Source of the DNA: an uncultured virus (IMG/VR IMGVR_UViG_2522125086_000002)
Lineage: Duplodnaviria; Heunggongvirae; Uroviricota; Caudoviricetes
Length of the DNA: 62,330 nt
Virus record (IMG/VR): IMGVR_UViG_2522125086_000002
Direction: 5' to 3' (one strand)
Shown: positions 28,161-37,771 of the stretch, piece after piece
How the letters are laid out: every line of letters begins with the position of its first letter
How positions within the stretch are numbered: position 1 is the stretch's first letter
The notes under the pieces: model-generated
Database searches by the model: none
Told to the model about the DNA's origin: nothing
The model's input: only the letters and a program-made list of their open reading frames with translations
Program-made: the position numbers and the translations under genes

Positions 28161-29768
28161 TCAGATAAACAGAATGCCGCGTTCATCGTAGACTGAGGCT
28201 CCGTTGTCATTGCCACATCGGATGGCTCTGTCGAGTCCCATGATGGTGGCAATCGCACCGTCAATCTTCTCGGTGGATTTTTCCTTGTCGGCCTTGATGT
28301 TGCCTGCCGGGTCAGTTCTGATGTAAATGTTGTCCATCATCCATCGCAATACCGGATGACCGCCGTGAGCAAGTTTCTGCTCCAGCGTGAGTTTCATAAG
28401 CTCTTTGGTCGGCGGGGACATGTCCTTAAAGCCCTGACCGAAAGGAACTACGGTAAAACCCATGCCCTCAAGGTTTTGCACCATCTGTACGGCTCCCCAG
28501 CGGTCAAAGGCAATTTCACGGATGTTGTATCGGGTACCCAGGTTCTCGATGAACTTTTCGATGTATCCGTAATGCACTACGTTGCCCTCAGTAGTTTCCA
28601 GAAATCCCTGTTTATGCCATACGTCGTAAGGCACGTGATCACGTCTCACTCTCAGTTCCATGGTGTCCTCGGGGATCCAGAAGAACGGCATGATGTAATA
28701 CTTGTCATCCTCATCATTCGGCGGGAACACCAAGACGAAAGCGGTAATGTCGGTGGTGCTGGACAGGTCAAGACCTCCGTAACATACACGGCCTTCAAGC
28801 TCATCAGGATTAACCGCAAAGGAACAGCCATCCCATTTCTCAAGCGGCATCCAGCGGATTGACTGTTTTACCCATTGGTTGAGACGGAGCTGTCTGAAGG
28901 CATTCTCCTCTCCGGGATTCTGCCTTGCTGATTCGCAGGCAGCTTGAACCTTATCAATACCGACGGTAATTCCGAGAGATGGATTAGCCTTTTTCCAGAC
29001 TTCCGGATCTGTCCAGTCATCATCCTCGGCAGCCCCGTAAATCACCGGATAAAAAGTTGGATCGATCTTCCTGCCCTCAAGGATGTCCTTTGCCTTCTGA
29101 TGAGTTTCGTAGCAGATGGAATTCGTATCAGTTCCGGCAGTTGTGATAAGGAAATACAGCGGTTGCATTCGGGCATCACCGGAGCCCTTGGTCATAACGT
29201 CAAAAAGCTTTCTGTCCGGCTGAGTATGCAACTCATCAAAGACCACGCCGTGAATGTTGAAGCCGTGCTTTGAGTAAGCTTCCGCAGAAAGAACCTGATA
29301 AAAGCTGTTGGTCGGTGTGTAGATGATGCGTTTCTGCGAGGCAAGAATTTTGACTCGCTTGTTCAGAGCCGGACACATCCTCACCATATCTGCAGCCACA
29401 TCAAATACGATTGTTGCCTGCTGGCGGTCTGCGGCACAGCCGTAAACCTCGGCACGCTCTTCTCCGTCACCGCAGGTAAGAAGCAGTGCCACAGCGGCAG
29501 CAAGCTCTGATTTTCCTTGCTTCTTGGCTATCTCTATGTACGCCGTATTAAACTGCCGGTAGCCGTTCGGCTTTAAGATCCCAAACAAATCCCGGATAAT
29601 CTGCTCCTGCCAGTCGATAAGTTCAAAAGGCTTACCGGCCCAGGTTCCCTTGGTGTGGCAGAGAGCCTGAATAAAGTTCACTGCATAGTCAGCGGCATCC
29701 TTGTCATACACGGACTTCTTTGCCTTGAACTTGGTAGGGACGTATTTTTTAAGTTTCCGCATTGCCAT
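28161..29768 (-). CDS. Terminase large subunit
   Basis: KKQGKSE Walker A, VFDELH Walker B, ITTAG, GGLDLS, KIDG. Confidence 0.95.
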   Translation of the reverse strand: MAMRKLKKYVPTKFKAKKSVYDKDAADYAVNFIQALCHTKGTWAGKPFELIDWQEQIIRDLFGILKPNGYRQFNTAYIEIAKKQGKSELAAAVALLLTCGDGEERAEVYGCAADRQQATIVFDVAADMVRMCPALNKRVKILASQKRIIYTPTNSFYQVLSAEAYSKHGFNIHGVVFDELHTQPDRKLFDVMTKGSGDARMQPLYFLITTAGTDTNSICYETHQKAKDILEGRKIDPTFYPVIYGAAEDDDWTDPEVWKKANPSLGITVGIDKVQAACESARQNPGEENAFRQLRLNQWVKQSIRWMPLEKWDGCSFAVNPDELEGRVCYGGLDLSSTTDITAFVLVFPPNDEDDKYYIMPFFWIPEDTMELRVRRDHVPYDVWHKQGFLETTEGNVVHYGYIEKFIENLGTRYNIREIAFDRWGAVQMVQNLEGMGFTVVPFGQGFKDMSPPTKELMKLTLEQKLAHGGHPVLRWMMDNIYIRTDPAGNIKADKEKSTEKIDGAIATIMGLDRAIRCGNDNGASVYDERGILFI

Positions 29769-29824
29769 CTGCTCACCTCCTTACAGGCATAAAAAAAGAC
29801 CGCCGAAGCGATCTCTTTGGGTAT

Positions 29825-29846
29825 AAAAAAGGAGCCGTTAAGCTCC
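29825..29846 (-). terminator. Terminator after the small cassette gene
   Basis: Minus strand reads GGAGC-TTAACG-GCTCC followed by T6. Confidence 0.5.
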
Positions 29847-29849
29847 GTA

Positions 29850-30137
29850 CTAATTGTTGGCGTTCTTCATCGCCCATTCAAGAGCATGGCCGTCATCCAT
29901 AAAATCGACACCACTTACCTCCCGAAGCCCGATCTCGGCCTCGCAGCCGGTGTCTTCGGTGAGGAACTCGTAAACCGCGCCGTAGTAGGATGGCTTGCCT
30001 GCTCCGTTGTAGTAATGTCCTGCCAGGATTACCTTATCACCGAATCTTAAGGTCTTGCTCCAGCGACATTCCAGATCCTCCGGAGTGGTAGGATTTGGTA
30101 ATCTGTAGGTTCTTGCTCTTTCTGTCATCTTGCTCAT
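29850..30137 (-). CDS. Hypothetical phage protein
   Basis: GGAG RBS; preceded by a repeated promoter motif. Confidence 0.65.
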   Translation of the reverse strand: MSKMTERARTYRLPNPTTPEDLECRWSKTLRFGDKVILAGHYYNGAGKPSYYGAVYEFLTEDTGCEAEIGLREVSGVDFMDDGHALEWAMKNANN

Positions 30138-30335
30138 TTTTAAGTCTCCGTTGTTGTTCTCGATGACTGTATATTCGCTCTGTACCAAAGGTATAGCAAG
30201 TCAATAAGTACGTATTTCTGTACTATTTTTTTCTTCTAACCAATCGTTCTTTTCTTCTAAAATCAGGCAAAAATAGAAGAAAGATAAAATAATGAGAAGA
30301 AAAAAGGAGGCCTCTCTGACCTCCCGCACTTCACC

Positions 30336-30773
30336 TTACCCCGCGACTCTGAAAAGGTAGCCGTGGGCTTTTTCGTGTTCGTCGCTGTTCCATCCGGTGT
30401 AGCGGCTGTTGATTTCAACCAGCCCCTCGAGGGTGCATCCTGCCTCTTTGAAAAGCCATGCGGTTTCTACTGCGTGACTCCATCCGGAGGAAAAGGTGAA
30501 CCTCTCGATTCCGTTCTGCCTCATGGCTTCAATCAGCTTTGCCGCTTCGTTATCCCATACCACTTCGCTGATGTCGAGGTAATCGTTGCCGCTGTCCCGG
30601 GAAACCTCGTACTCGTTAAAAAGTCGGCAGGCTTCTCTGCCAAGTTCCTTTAGTTCATCCCAGACTGCCTTGTAGGCGGCTCTGGCGGCGTTCAGCTCAT
30701 CCTCGTTCTTTGCTATGTCGTAGGCGTTCTTTGCAGCCTTGATGCGGTTGTAAAAGTTCTCGAAAGTGTTCAT
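30336..30773 (-). CDS. Conserved hypothetical phage protein (DUF7698-like)
   Basis: GIERFTFSSGWS...AWLF...GCTLEGLVEIN; AGGAG RBS. Confidence 0.65.
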   Translation of the reverse strand: MNTFENFYNRIKAAKNAYDIAKNEDELNAARAAYKAVWDELKELGREACRLFNEYEVSRDSGNDYLDISEVVWDNEAAKLIEAMRQNGIERFTFSSGWSHAVETAWLFKEAGCTLEGLVEINSRYTGWNSDEHEKAHGYLFRVAG

Positions 30774-30873
30774 GTTTAACTCCTTGAAAAATGTACCTTC
30801 GCTGTTCGTTTTGTTGTGTTCATATTCGCTCTGAAGGTACACTATAGCAAGTCAATAAACCCAGTATTTTCAA

Positions 30874-31086
30874 CTATTTACAAGGTTTTTCAGCGAGCTT
30901 TTCGCGGGTGATTTCGAGGACTTTTTCCTGCTTTTCCTTCGGTATTCCGGCAGCCTCCAAAGCCTCCAGAGTTCCGCAGTCGGGGCAGATTGGAGTGGTG
31001 TTGTCCTTTCGGGAAAGAGCCGGAACTTCGGTGTAGGTTCTGCCGCAGAGCGGGCATACTTTCGGTTCGTTTTTATCAGTCTTCAT
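30874..31086 (-). CDS. Small zinc-finger protein
   Basis: CPLCG...PALSRKDN...ICPDCG. Confidence 0.7.
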   Translation of the reverse strand: MKTDKNEPKVCPLCGRTYTEVPALSRKDNTTPICPDCGTLEALEAAGIPKEKQEKVLEITREKLAEKPCK

Positions 31087-31218
31087 TCTGTAATCCTTAT
31101 GATGGAATTAAATCGTTAAACCGGGCGGTGCGGGAGTTTTGGACTCTCCGCCATCCGCCTTACGGTGTTCATATTTGCTCTTAATGCACACCTTATCAAG
31201 TCAATAAATCCTTTATTT

Positions 31219-31701
31219 TCAATGGTTTAACGTTATTTCATCACTGGTTTCCAGACTTATGTTGAGAGCCTCATAAATGAAGTTTTCGTCAAAGCCGAAG
31301 GCTTCATAACCGTCAAGGCAGATATCAACGTACCGCTGGGAAGGAACGCCGATTTCGCGCTCTTCGTGCATGATGTAGATGAAGGCCTTAAGCTTTCTTA
31401 CCTTGCGATCACTAATGCCGATAACCGGAATTTCCACTTCCGTCTTGTAGTAGAAATTCGGATAACCTTCGTAGCGGTCAAGGGAAAGCTCATCATCAGC
31501 CGTTACCTCCCATACCGCCACAGGAACACACGATCCTTTCTTTGGCTCGATGGTAAGGTAGGCACCGCTCTTACTTCCCTTAAAGAGAAGCTCAAAATCC
31601 GGTATTTCCGATGTGCCTACAACCTTTGCGCCGGGGCAGCGGTAGCTCATCTGGTCAATGTTCAGGTTGCTGCCGTAGGCGATGTAATATCTCTTTGTCA
31701 T
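31219..31701 (-). CDS. Gamma-glutamylcyclotransferase (AIG2-like) protein
   Basis: YIAYGSNL and LDRYEG motifs; paired with the amidoligase. Confidence 0.85.
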   Translation of the reverse strand: MTKRYYIAYGSNLNIDQMSYRCPGAKVVGTSEIPDFELLFKGSKSGAYLTIEPKKGSCVPVAVWEVTADDELSLDRYEGYPNFYYKTEVEIPVIGISDRKVRKLKAFIYIMHEEREIGVPSQRYVDICLDGYEAFGFDENFIYEALNISLETSDEITLNH

Positions 31702-31805
31702 AATCTTTTCCTTTCGTTTTTGTTTAACTTCGGAAGGCTTACCCTTCTACTGCCGAAACCCCACTCAAGGGGCCGGCAGGAGGAGGCTAAGTCCTCGCTG
31801 GGGGT

Positions 31806-32750
31806 TTAGGCTCTTCCGAACCGGAAGGCTGCGTTTCCGCTAAGGTTGCGGGTTAAAATCTCGCGGGCGGTTGCAAATTCCTCGCCGATGAAGCCGAGGC
31901 GCAGGAGCCAGGTTCTCATCGCGAACTTAGGATTCTCATGCTGCTGTGGCTTTGGGCTTGCGGTTCTTACTTCCTTTGCCATCTCGCTTAAGGCCAGGCA
32001 AAGCTGAATGTAGCTCTTAAGCTGTCCGGCGTGGATGCCGTTCTGCTTTCCGCCTGCTGGTGCATCGAACTGGAAAAGTCTGAACTCAACCGTGCCCTTG
32101 GTGAAGGTGGCGTGGAGGTTAAGCATTCTGTAGCGTGATGCGTTGTAATGGTGGTCTCTGCCGTAGGTTTCACCCTGGCTGGTGTACCAGATGTCGCTAA
32201 GTTCTTCTTTTGTCTGTGGCTTCTTTTTGTTGAGCTCCTTAAGGAATCTTGGGTCTACCGTTCTGCAGTATCTTGCCATGCGGTGCTGGTCAAGCTTCAG
32301 GGCTTCGGCTAAAAGGCTCTCGTGGCTTGCCATCAGGTTCGCAAGGTTGCGCAGGGTCTTTGCGGTGTGGTCTGCCGCACCGATGTGGATGTGAACTCCG
32401 CATCCGCGGGTAGCGTCGCTCTTTGCTCCGGCCTTGCGAAGTCTTCTGCAAAGCTCCTGCAGGGTTTCGATGTCGCTGTAGTTAAGGATCGGGGTAACCA
32501 TCTCACACTTGTGTGCGTCGTCGCCGGCGATGCTTACATCCTTCTGGAACTTCCATTCGCGGCCTTCGGCGTCCCAGGCGCTAACCGTGCTGTAGCCGTT
32601 GCGGTAGGCGGTATCTTCAACCCTGTGTGTTCCGAAGAATTCTGCGGCAATCTTGGCGGCCTCGAGGCGGGTAATGCTGTTCATCTCAACTTCAACTCCG
32701 ATGGTCTGGTTCTTGAGGTTTGCTATCTGCTTTAAGGTTTTTTCTTTCAT
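31806..32750 (-). CDS. Amidoligase_2 family (COOH-NH2 ligase) protein
   Basis: IGVEVEM, DVSI, EMVTPIL, CGVHIHIG, RYRMLN, TVEFRLF. Confidence 0.9.
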   Translation of the reverse strand: MKEKTLKQIANLKNQTIGVEVEMNSITRLEAAKIAAEFFGTHRVEDTAYRNGYSTVSAWDAEGREWKFQKDVSIAGDDAHKCEMVTPILNYSDIETLQELCRRLRKAGAKSDATRGCGVHIHIGAADHTAKTLRNLANLMASHESLLAEALKLDQHRMARYCRTVDPRFLKELNKKKPQTKEELSDIWYTSQGETYGRDHHYNASRYRMLNLHATFTKGTVEFRLFQFDAPAGGKQNGIHAGQLKSYIQLCLALSEMAKEVRTASPKPQQHENPKFAMRTWLLRLGFIGEEFATAREILTRNLSGNAAFRFGRA

Positions 32751-32875
32751 TTTTGTGCCTTCTTTTTGGTTAATGTTTGTTCGTTTTGTTGTGTGTATAT
32801 TCACTCTGAAGGCACACTATAGCAACTTAATAATCGATTATATTTCGATATTTGTTTTGTATATAAATCATTGAT

Positions 32876-33109
32876 TTACTTGCTATTTTTTACAATTCTA
32901 CATACGTCTTCACCATATGCGATTCCAAGACTTGAGCCCGTGTTCCATCTCACATGGATCGTTCCGATGTCGTCAACGAAGATCACTGTTCCTCGGGTTC
33001 CCGCAGGTGGGGCATGGTCATCATTCATGTGTACCAACTCAACCGCTGTCCCTGCGGGATAAGTTCTGCGGAGGTGCTCTATGATTTCTCTATTCGGAAA
33101 GTTCATCAT
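32876..33109 (-). CDS. DUF4314-like protein
   Basis: YPAGTAVEL..M.D...PPAGTRGTV..VDDIG.IHVRW..GSSL. Confidence 0.75.
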   Translation of the reverse strand: MMNFPNREIIEHLRRTYPAGTAVELVHMNDDHAPPAGTRGTVIFVDDIGTIHVRWNTGSSLGIAYGEDVCRIVKNSK

Positions 33110-33806
33110 GGACCTCCTCATTGTTTTCGGCTGATTCAGCTAGAGCGGTGGGGAGGTTTTCCTTCACCGTCTTGAAGGCGGAACTTCCATCAAGGTTCGT
33201 AAGCAGGATCTTGCGGCTCTTTTTGAACTCATCGCCGATAAAACCCAGACGTAGCAGGAAACATCTGAAGGCGTACTTCTCGTTGTCGATATCTCGGACT
33301 CTTGCAGTAACTCGTTTCTGCTCGGTGCTCATTTTGCAGATGGCGGCAATGAACTGGGTGTAAGCCAAGGCATGGTCGGGTGCCGGATCAATAAACCATG
33401 GGAAGGAAACTCTGTCCTCATGGATTTCAAAGGCCAGGTTATCAATCCCCAGAGCCTTGCGGATGAGCGCTCCTTTGGCATCAAGGAGCTTCTGAAGGTT
33501 ACCTGTATTGACCTTGTCGGCAGGCATCTCAATGGTGAGGATATTCGGTTCTGGAACTTTAAGCTCTTTGTCTTCGGACTTATCGGCGGTTCCTTCAAAG
33601 CCTGCCTCGGCAAGTTCGTTTAAAAGTTCACCCGGATCAACCTTATCATCGTAGACCAGATTGCCCTCCCTGGTAACTGTGAAATCGCCAATCTGATAGT
33701 TCATACTTGGGGTTCCCTGGTATTCAGCTTTGATCCCGGTAATCCTTGAGATAGCCTTGACCAGCTCCTTGCGCTCTGCGCCCTTAAGGTTAAATTTGAT
33801 TTCCAT
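33090..33806 (-). CDS. Conserved phage protein (so-called virulence-related protein)
   Basis: RKELVKAI, VSFPWF, NEKYAFRCFLLRLGFIG. Confidence 0.75.
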   Translation of the reverse strand: MEIKFNLKGAERKELVKAISRITGIKAEYQGTPSMNYQIGDFTVTREGNLVYDDKVDPGELLNELAEAGFEGTADKSEDKELKVPEPNILTIEMPADKVNTGNLQKLLDAKGALIRKALGIDNLAFEIHEDRVSFPWFIDPAPDHALAYTQFIAAICKMSTEQKRVTARVRDIDNEKYAFRCFLLRLGFIGDEFKKSRKILLTNLDGSSAFKTVKENLPTALAESAENNEEVHDELSE

Positions 33807-33903
33807 GGTTATGTCTCCATCATTATGTTCGTTTTCGTTAGGGACATATTTGCTCTGTTAAAACACTATATCAAGTCAATTTGTGCAGATAAATTTACTA
33901 TAT

Positions 33904-35568
33904 TTAGTGTTGTGGTTGTTCCTCCGGTATTTCCACATCGGCATAGTTCAGCTTCTCACCGTCGCGGATTAGGAATACATCATCAGTGCAGCCGTTCTTC
34001 TGCTGAATGTATCTCTTTACCGCCACGTCTACGAACTTAGGTTCAATCTCCACGCCGTAGCAGATGCGTTCCGTCTGCTCGCAGGCAATGAGCGTTGATG
34101 CTGAACCAAGAAAGCCATCAAGGACTATGCCGTTAGTCTGGGTGGAGAGTTTTACGAGATAGGCAATGAGCGGTACCGGCTTGCTGCTCGGATGCCCGAA
34201 ACCGTCTTCCTTTGAATTCCTGATGCCGTCAAACTCAAACACCACGGTCTGCTTCTGATCGCCATACCACTTGTGGGTTCCGTCCTTGCGCCAGCCGTAG
34301 ATGATCGGTTCCATGTTGTACTTCCAGTCTGTTCTTGAAAGAGGGAACCGCGGCTTCTTCCAAATCAAACCGGCACCAACCTTAAAGCCTGCATCCTCAA
34401 AGGCATCATAGAAAATGCGGGACTTGGAGGTGGCGTAGAACTCGTAGAAGGACGCATCCTTTGCCATGCTGTTTTTGAAGTTGGCAAAGACCTTCATCAG
34501 AAACTCATAGGCTGACTTGTCATCGAGATTGTCGTTTCTGATTTTGCCGGAGGCATTCTGTAAATCCACGAAGTACGGAGCATCGGTGCAGACAAGGTTT
34601 ACCTTCACGTCCCCAAGCAGATTTTGATAGGTTTCCGGCAGAGTAGAATCACCGCAGATTACGGTGTGTCTACCAAGATGCCAAACGTCACCGGTCTTGG
34701 AGAAACACGGTTTCTGCAACTCTGCCTCTACATCGAAGTCATCATCTTCCCCCTCAGCATCATTTGCAAAGAGCTCTGCCAGCTCATCCTCGGAAAAGCC
34801 CGTCATGGAGAGATCAAAACCTAAGTCCTGCAGTTCCTGCATTTCCACGGCCAGCAGTTCTTCATCCCATCCGGCATCAAGTGCCATGCGGTTATCCGCC
34901 AGAATGTATGCCTTCTTCTGCGCCTCGGTGAGATGGTCAGCAAAGACGCACGGTACTTCGGTAATGTTCTCAGCCTTGGCGGCGAGCAGTCGTCCGTGAC
35001 CGGCAAGAACGTTATAGTCTTTATCTATAATCACCGGATTCACAAAACCGAACTCCCTGAGAGACGAGCGGAGCTTGGTGATCTGCTCAGGTGAATGTGT
35101 ACGTGCATTATTCACGTAAGGGATCAGCTTATCGGTGCTGACCAGCTGAAATTCTGTAGTTGTTTTCATAGGGTTCCTTAATTCCCTTAAAGCCTCACCG
35201 TGCAGTCGGTGAACGTTTCTTATTCCGTAATTCAGATCGTCTGCAATCTTCTCCCACGATTGACCTAGAACGTACCGTTTGACCAGCAAATCCTGGTAAA
35301 CGTAATTATTTATCTTACGGATTGCTCGGGATATCTCGCAGGTAACATTAACCAGATCAGCCATAGTCTCACAGAGTTCTTCCTGTAAATCCATAATCTT
35401 TTGGGTACATTCCTCAAGCTTGTAGTTCGATGCCGTACTCTTCGGGGAATCAGAGTAAGTTACTGAGCAGTCGTTCACCAATGCCTTGTAATGTTCAATT
35501 TGCTCCTTGATTGTATCCACCCTGCGTTCCAGGTTAATGCCTCTCATCAAAAATTCTTTAGCGTTCAT
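33904..35568 (-). CDS. In-frame fusion of a DUF1492/ArpU-like late regulator (35568-35170) and a ParB-N6/N4 DNA methyltransferase (35169-33904)
   Basis: N-part has RYVLGQSWEKIADDLNY...HRLHGEAL HTH; internal AAGGA RBS and ATG at 35169; ParB PY..NARTH/AGHGR; MTase DAPY, HPSSKP, FLGSAST. Confidence 0.85.
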   Translation of the reverse strand: MNAKEFLMRGINLERRVDTIKEQIEHYKALVNDCSVTYSDSPKSTASNYKLEECTQKIMDLQEELCETMADLVNVTCEISRAIRKINNYVYQDLLVKRYVLGQSWEKIADDLNYGIRNVHRLHGEALRELRNPMKTTTEFQLVSTDKLIPYVNNARTHSPEQITKLRSSLREFGFVNPVIIDKDYNVLAGHGRLLAAKAENITEVPCVFADHLTEAQKKAYILADNRMALDAGWDEELLAVEMQELQDLGFDLSMTGFSEDELAELFANDAEGEDDDFDVEAELQKPCFSKTGDVWHLGRHTVICGDSTLPETYQNLLGDVKVNLVCTDAPYFVDLQNASGKIRNDNLDDKSAYEFLMKVFANFKNSMAKDASFYEFYATSKSRIFYDAFEDAGFKVGAGLIWKKPRFPLSRTDWKYNMEPIIYGWRKDGTHKWYGDQKQTVVFEFDGIRNSKEDGFGHPSSKPVPLIAYLVKLSTQTNGIVLDGFLGSASTLIACEQTERICYGVEIEPKFVDVAVKRYIQQKNGCTDDVFLIRDGEKLNYADVEIPEEQPQH

Positions 35569-36914
35569 TTGTTTTCTCCTAAATCTGCTTTAACCGCATC
35601 AATCAATGCGTTCTGAGTTAATTCCTTTTTCGATAATGCCTTCAGCACCCGTTCATCAATGGTTCCTTTGGCAATGATGTGCTGGATCACCACAGTGCCG
35701 GAGGTCTGACCCTGTCGCCACAGTCTCGCATTGGTCTGCTGATACAGCTCCAGCGACCAGGTAAGACCGAACCACACCAGTGTCGAACCGCCGGACTGAA
35801 GGTTAAGTCCGTGACCGGCAGAAGCGGGGTGGATGAGTGCCACTGGGATCTTTCCGGCATTCCAGTCGGTGATGTCTTTCGAGGTTTTGATTTCCCGGAC
35901 ATCAAACCTCTTTCTGATCCTCTCAAGGTCGTGCTTAAACCAGTAGGCCACCAGAAGGGGATTGCCGTTGGCTGATTCGATGATGTCTTCCAGGGCATCA
36001 AGTTTTCTTTGGTGGAACTCCACGATGTTCTTGGTATCGTCGTAAATTGCTCCGTTGGCAAGCTGGCTGAGTTTGTTGGTAAGGGCTGCTGCGTTGGGAA
36101 CGGTGATCTCCTCATCGGAAAGAGTCATCACTAGCTCTGACTTAAGCCTCTCGTACTGCTTTCGTTCATCATCCGACAGCACCACCTCGTACTGGGTTGA
36201 AATCAGTTCAGGCATCGTGAGGTGGTCGGTACACTTCATGGAGATGGTGATATCCGAGATGCGTCGGTAGATTTCCTCTTCAGCTCCTTCCCTCGGCTTG
36301 TAGGAAAACACCTGCTGGGCGTTCCTCTTGTCGGGCATGAAGTAGCATTCCCTGTATCTCGTGATGAACTTTCCTAAGCGTTCGCCCATGTCCAGCAATC
36401 TGAATTCAGACCACAGATCCATCAGACCGTTTGATGAAGGTGTACCTGTAAGACCTACGATACGCTTAACCTTTGGACGTACCTTCATCAGAGCTTTGAA
36501 GCGTTTGGCGGTGTGGTTCTTGAAGGAAGACAGCTCATCGATAACCACCATGTCGTAGTCAAAATTACCGCTCTCGACAAGCCACTGGATGTTTTCCCGG
36601 TTGATGATGGTTATGTCGGCATTCTTTGCAAGTGCCGCTTTGCGTTCTGCCAATGTACCCACAGCCACGGCATAGGTTAGGTGCTTGAGATGTTCCCATT
36701 TGCTGATTTCCGTAGGCCATGAGTCTCTGGCTACTCGTAAGGGACCGATGATCAGTGCTTTGCTGATCTCGAAGGAGTCAAACATCAGTTCAGAGATTGC
36801 CGTCAGAGAAATTATCGTCTTACCCATACCAAGCCCCAGAAGAACCGCTGCCACATGGTGTTCTTCGATGTAGTTAATGGCATAAGCCTGATAATCATGG
36901 GGTTTGAAGTTCAT
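35565..36914 (-). CDS. SNF2-family helicase
   Basis: LGMGKT, IDELS, LTGTP, GHGLNLQ, ARLWRQGQ. Confidence 0.9.
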   Translation of the reverse strand: MNFKPHDYQAYAINYIEEHHVAAVLLGLGMGKTIISLTAISELMFDSFEISKALIIGPLRVARDSWPTEISKWEHLKHLTYAVAVGTLAERKAALAKNADITIINRENIQWLVESGNFDYDMVVIDELSSFKNHTAKRFKALMKVRPKVKRIVGLTGTPSSNGLMDLWSEFRLLDMGERLGKFITRYRECYFMPDKRNAQQVFSYKPREGAEEEIYRRISDITISMKCTDHLTMPELISTQYEVVLSDDERKQYERLKSELVMTLSDEEITVPNAAALTNKLSQLANGAIYDDTKNIVEFHQRKLDALEDIIESANGNPLLVAYWFKHDLERIRKRFDVREIKTSKDITDWNAGKIPVALIHPASAGHGLNLQSGGSTLVWFGLTWSLELYQQTNARLWRQGQTSGTVVIQHIIAKGTIDERVLKALSKKELTQNALIDAVKADLGENK

Positions 36915-37176
36915 TCAGCATTCCTCCTATCTGTTCAATTCCGTCAATCACATACACTCTGAAACCCAACCGCCTTAACATCTCATGCCTTGCTGCCTGC
37001 AGTGCTCTTGGCTTCATGCCTGGAGCTTTAAGTTCGGCAAAGGCACATACACCTCCTGGAAGCAGCACCAGGCGATCCGGCATTCCGGCAAAGGAGGGAG
37101 ATACGAACTTCGCTGCTATGCCTCCTTTGGCTTTAACCATCACAGTCAGATGGTGCTCGATAAATTTCTCGTTCAC
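36895..37176 (-). CDS. VRR-NUC domain nuclease
   Basis: EKFIE, GMPDRLVL, ELKAPG...LQ. Confidence 0.9.
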   Translation of the reverse strand: MNEKFIEHHLTVMVKAKGGIAAKFVSPSFAGMPDRLVLLPGGVCAFAELKAPGMKPRALQAARHEMLRRLGFRVYVIDGIEQIGGMLNELQTP

Positions 37177-37727
37177 AGGATGTCCTCCAAAGGATCTGCT
37201 AAATCGAAAGCTGCATAGACGGCTGAATAGAAGTTATCGATAGGCCGGCCTTTGTATGAACATACCGGTTTGCCCTGATTGCAGCTGACAAAGTGCTTAT
37301 TTTCCGAATCGACCTTAATTTCCAGTAGCTTGTGTTTGTAAACAAGCCAGAACTGTTTGCGGTAGTATCCGCCATATTTCTGATTCCATTTTTTCTTGAG
37401 AAAATTCTTTCTGCGTTTGGCTCGATTCTTCATCTGACGCTCACGCTCCTGCGCCGCCAGAATATTTCCCTGCATAACGCCGGCACAGATACATCCGACT
37501 CTAAGCTCCTCGAAGTAAAGCAGGTGATCCATCACATGGACGAAGCGAACCTTGCTGCAATCGCACAGCTCGCATGTTGCCAACGGTGCTTCTTCGTCAT
37601 CCTCCCGTACATCGATTATTTCCTTGCAGAACCATCCATCTAAAGGGGCTCCCCAATTTTTCAGTTTTTTCTGACATCTTGCGAGATAAAACTCGCTGTA
37701 AATCTCTTCCAATTTTCTCTCCATCAA
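37173..37727 (-). CDS. Hypothetical zinc-binding phage protein
   Basis: CELCD...VRFVH...VGCICA. Confidence 0.65.
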   Translation of the reverse strand: MMERKLEEIYSEFYLARCQKKLKNWGAPLDGWFCKEIIDVREDDEEAPLATCELCDCSKVRFVHVMDHLLYFEELRVGCICAGVMQGNILAAQERERQMKNRAKRRKNFLKKKWNQKYGGYYRKQFWLVYKHKLLEIKVDSENKHFVSCNQGKPVCSYKGRPIDNFYSAVYAAFDLADPLEDIL

Positions 37728-37771
37728 GAGGGTGCAGATTGCTGTTCCGCACCCCTGATTTTTAACCTAAG

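Larger units (their letters stand above)
30171..33882 (-). repeat. Five copies of a 37-bp promoter-like repeat (30171, 30822, 31171, 32797, 33846); weaker copy near 8581
   Basis: Minus-strand consensus TTATTGACTTG(C/A)TA-17 bp ending AGAG(C/T)-(G/A)AATAT, each upstream of a small gene. Confidence 0.75.

Noticed and set aside
30171..33882. 37-bp repeats as a CRISPR array or integron attC sites
   Set aside because: Spacing is gene-sized and irregular, and the copies are degenerate, non-palindromic and promoter-shaped
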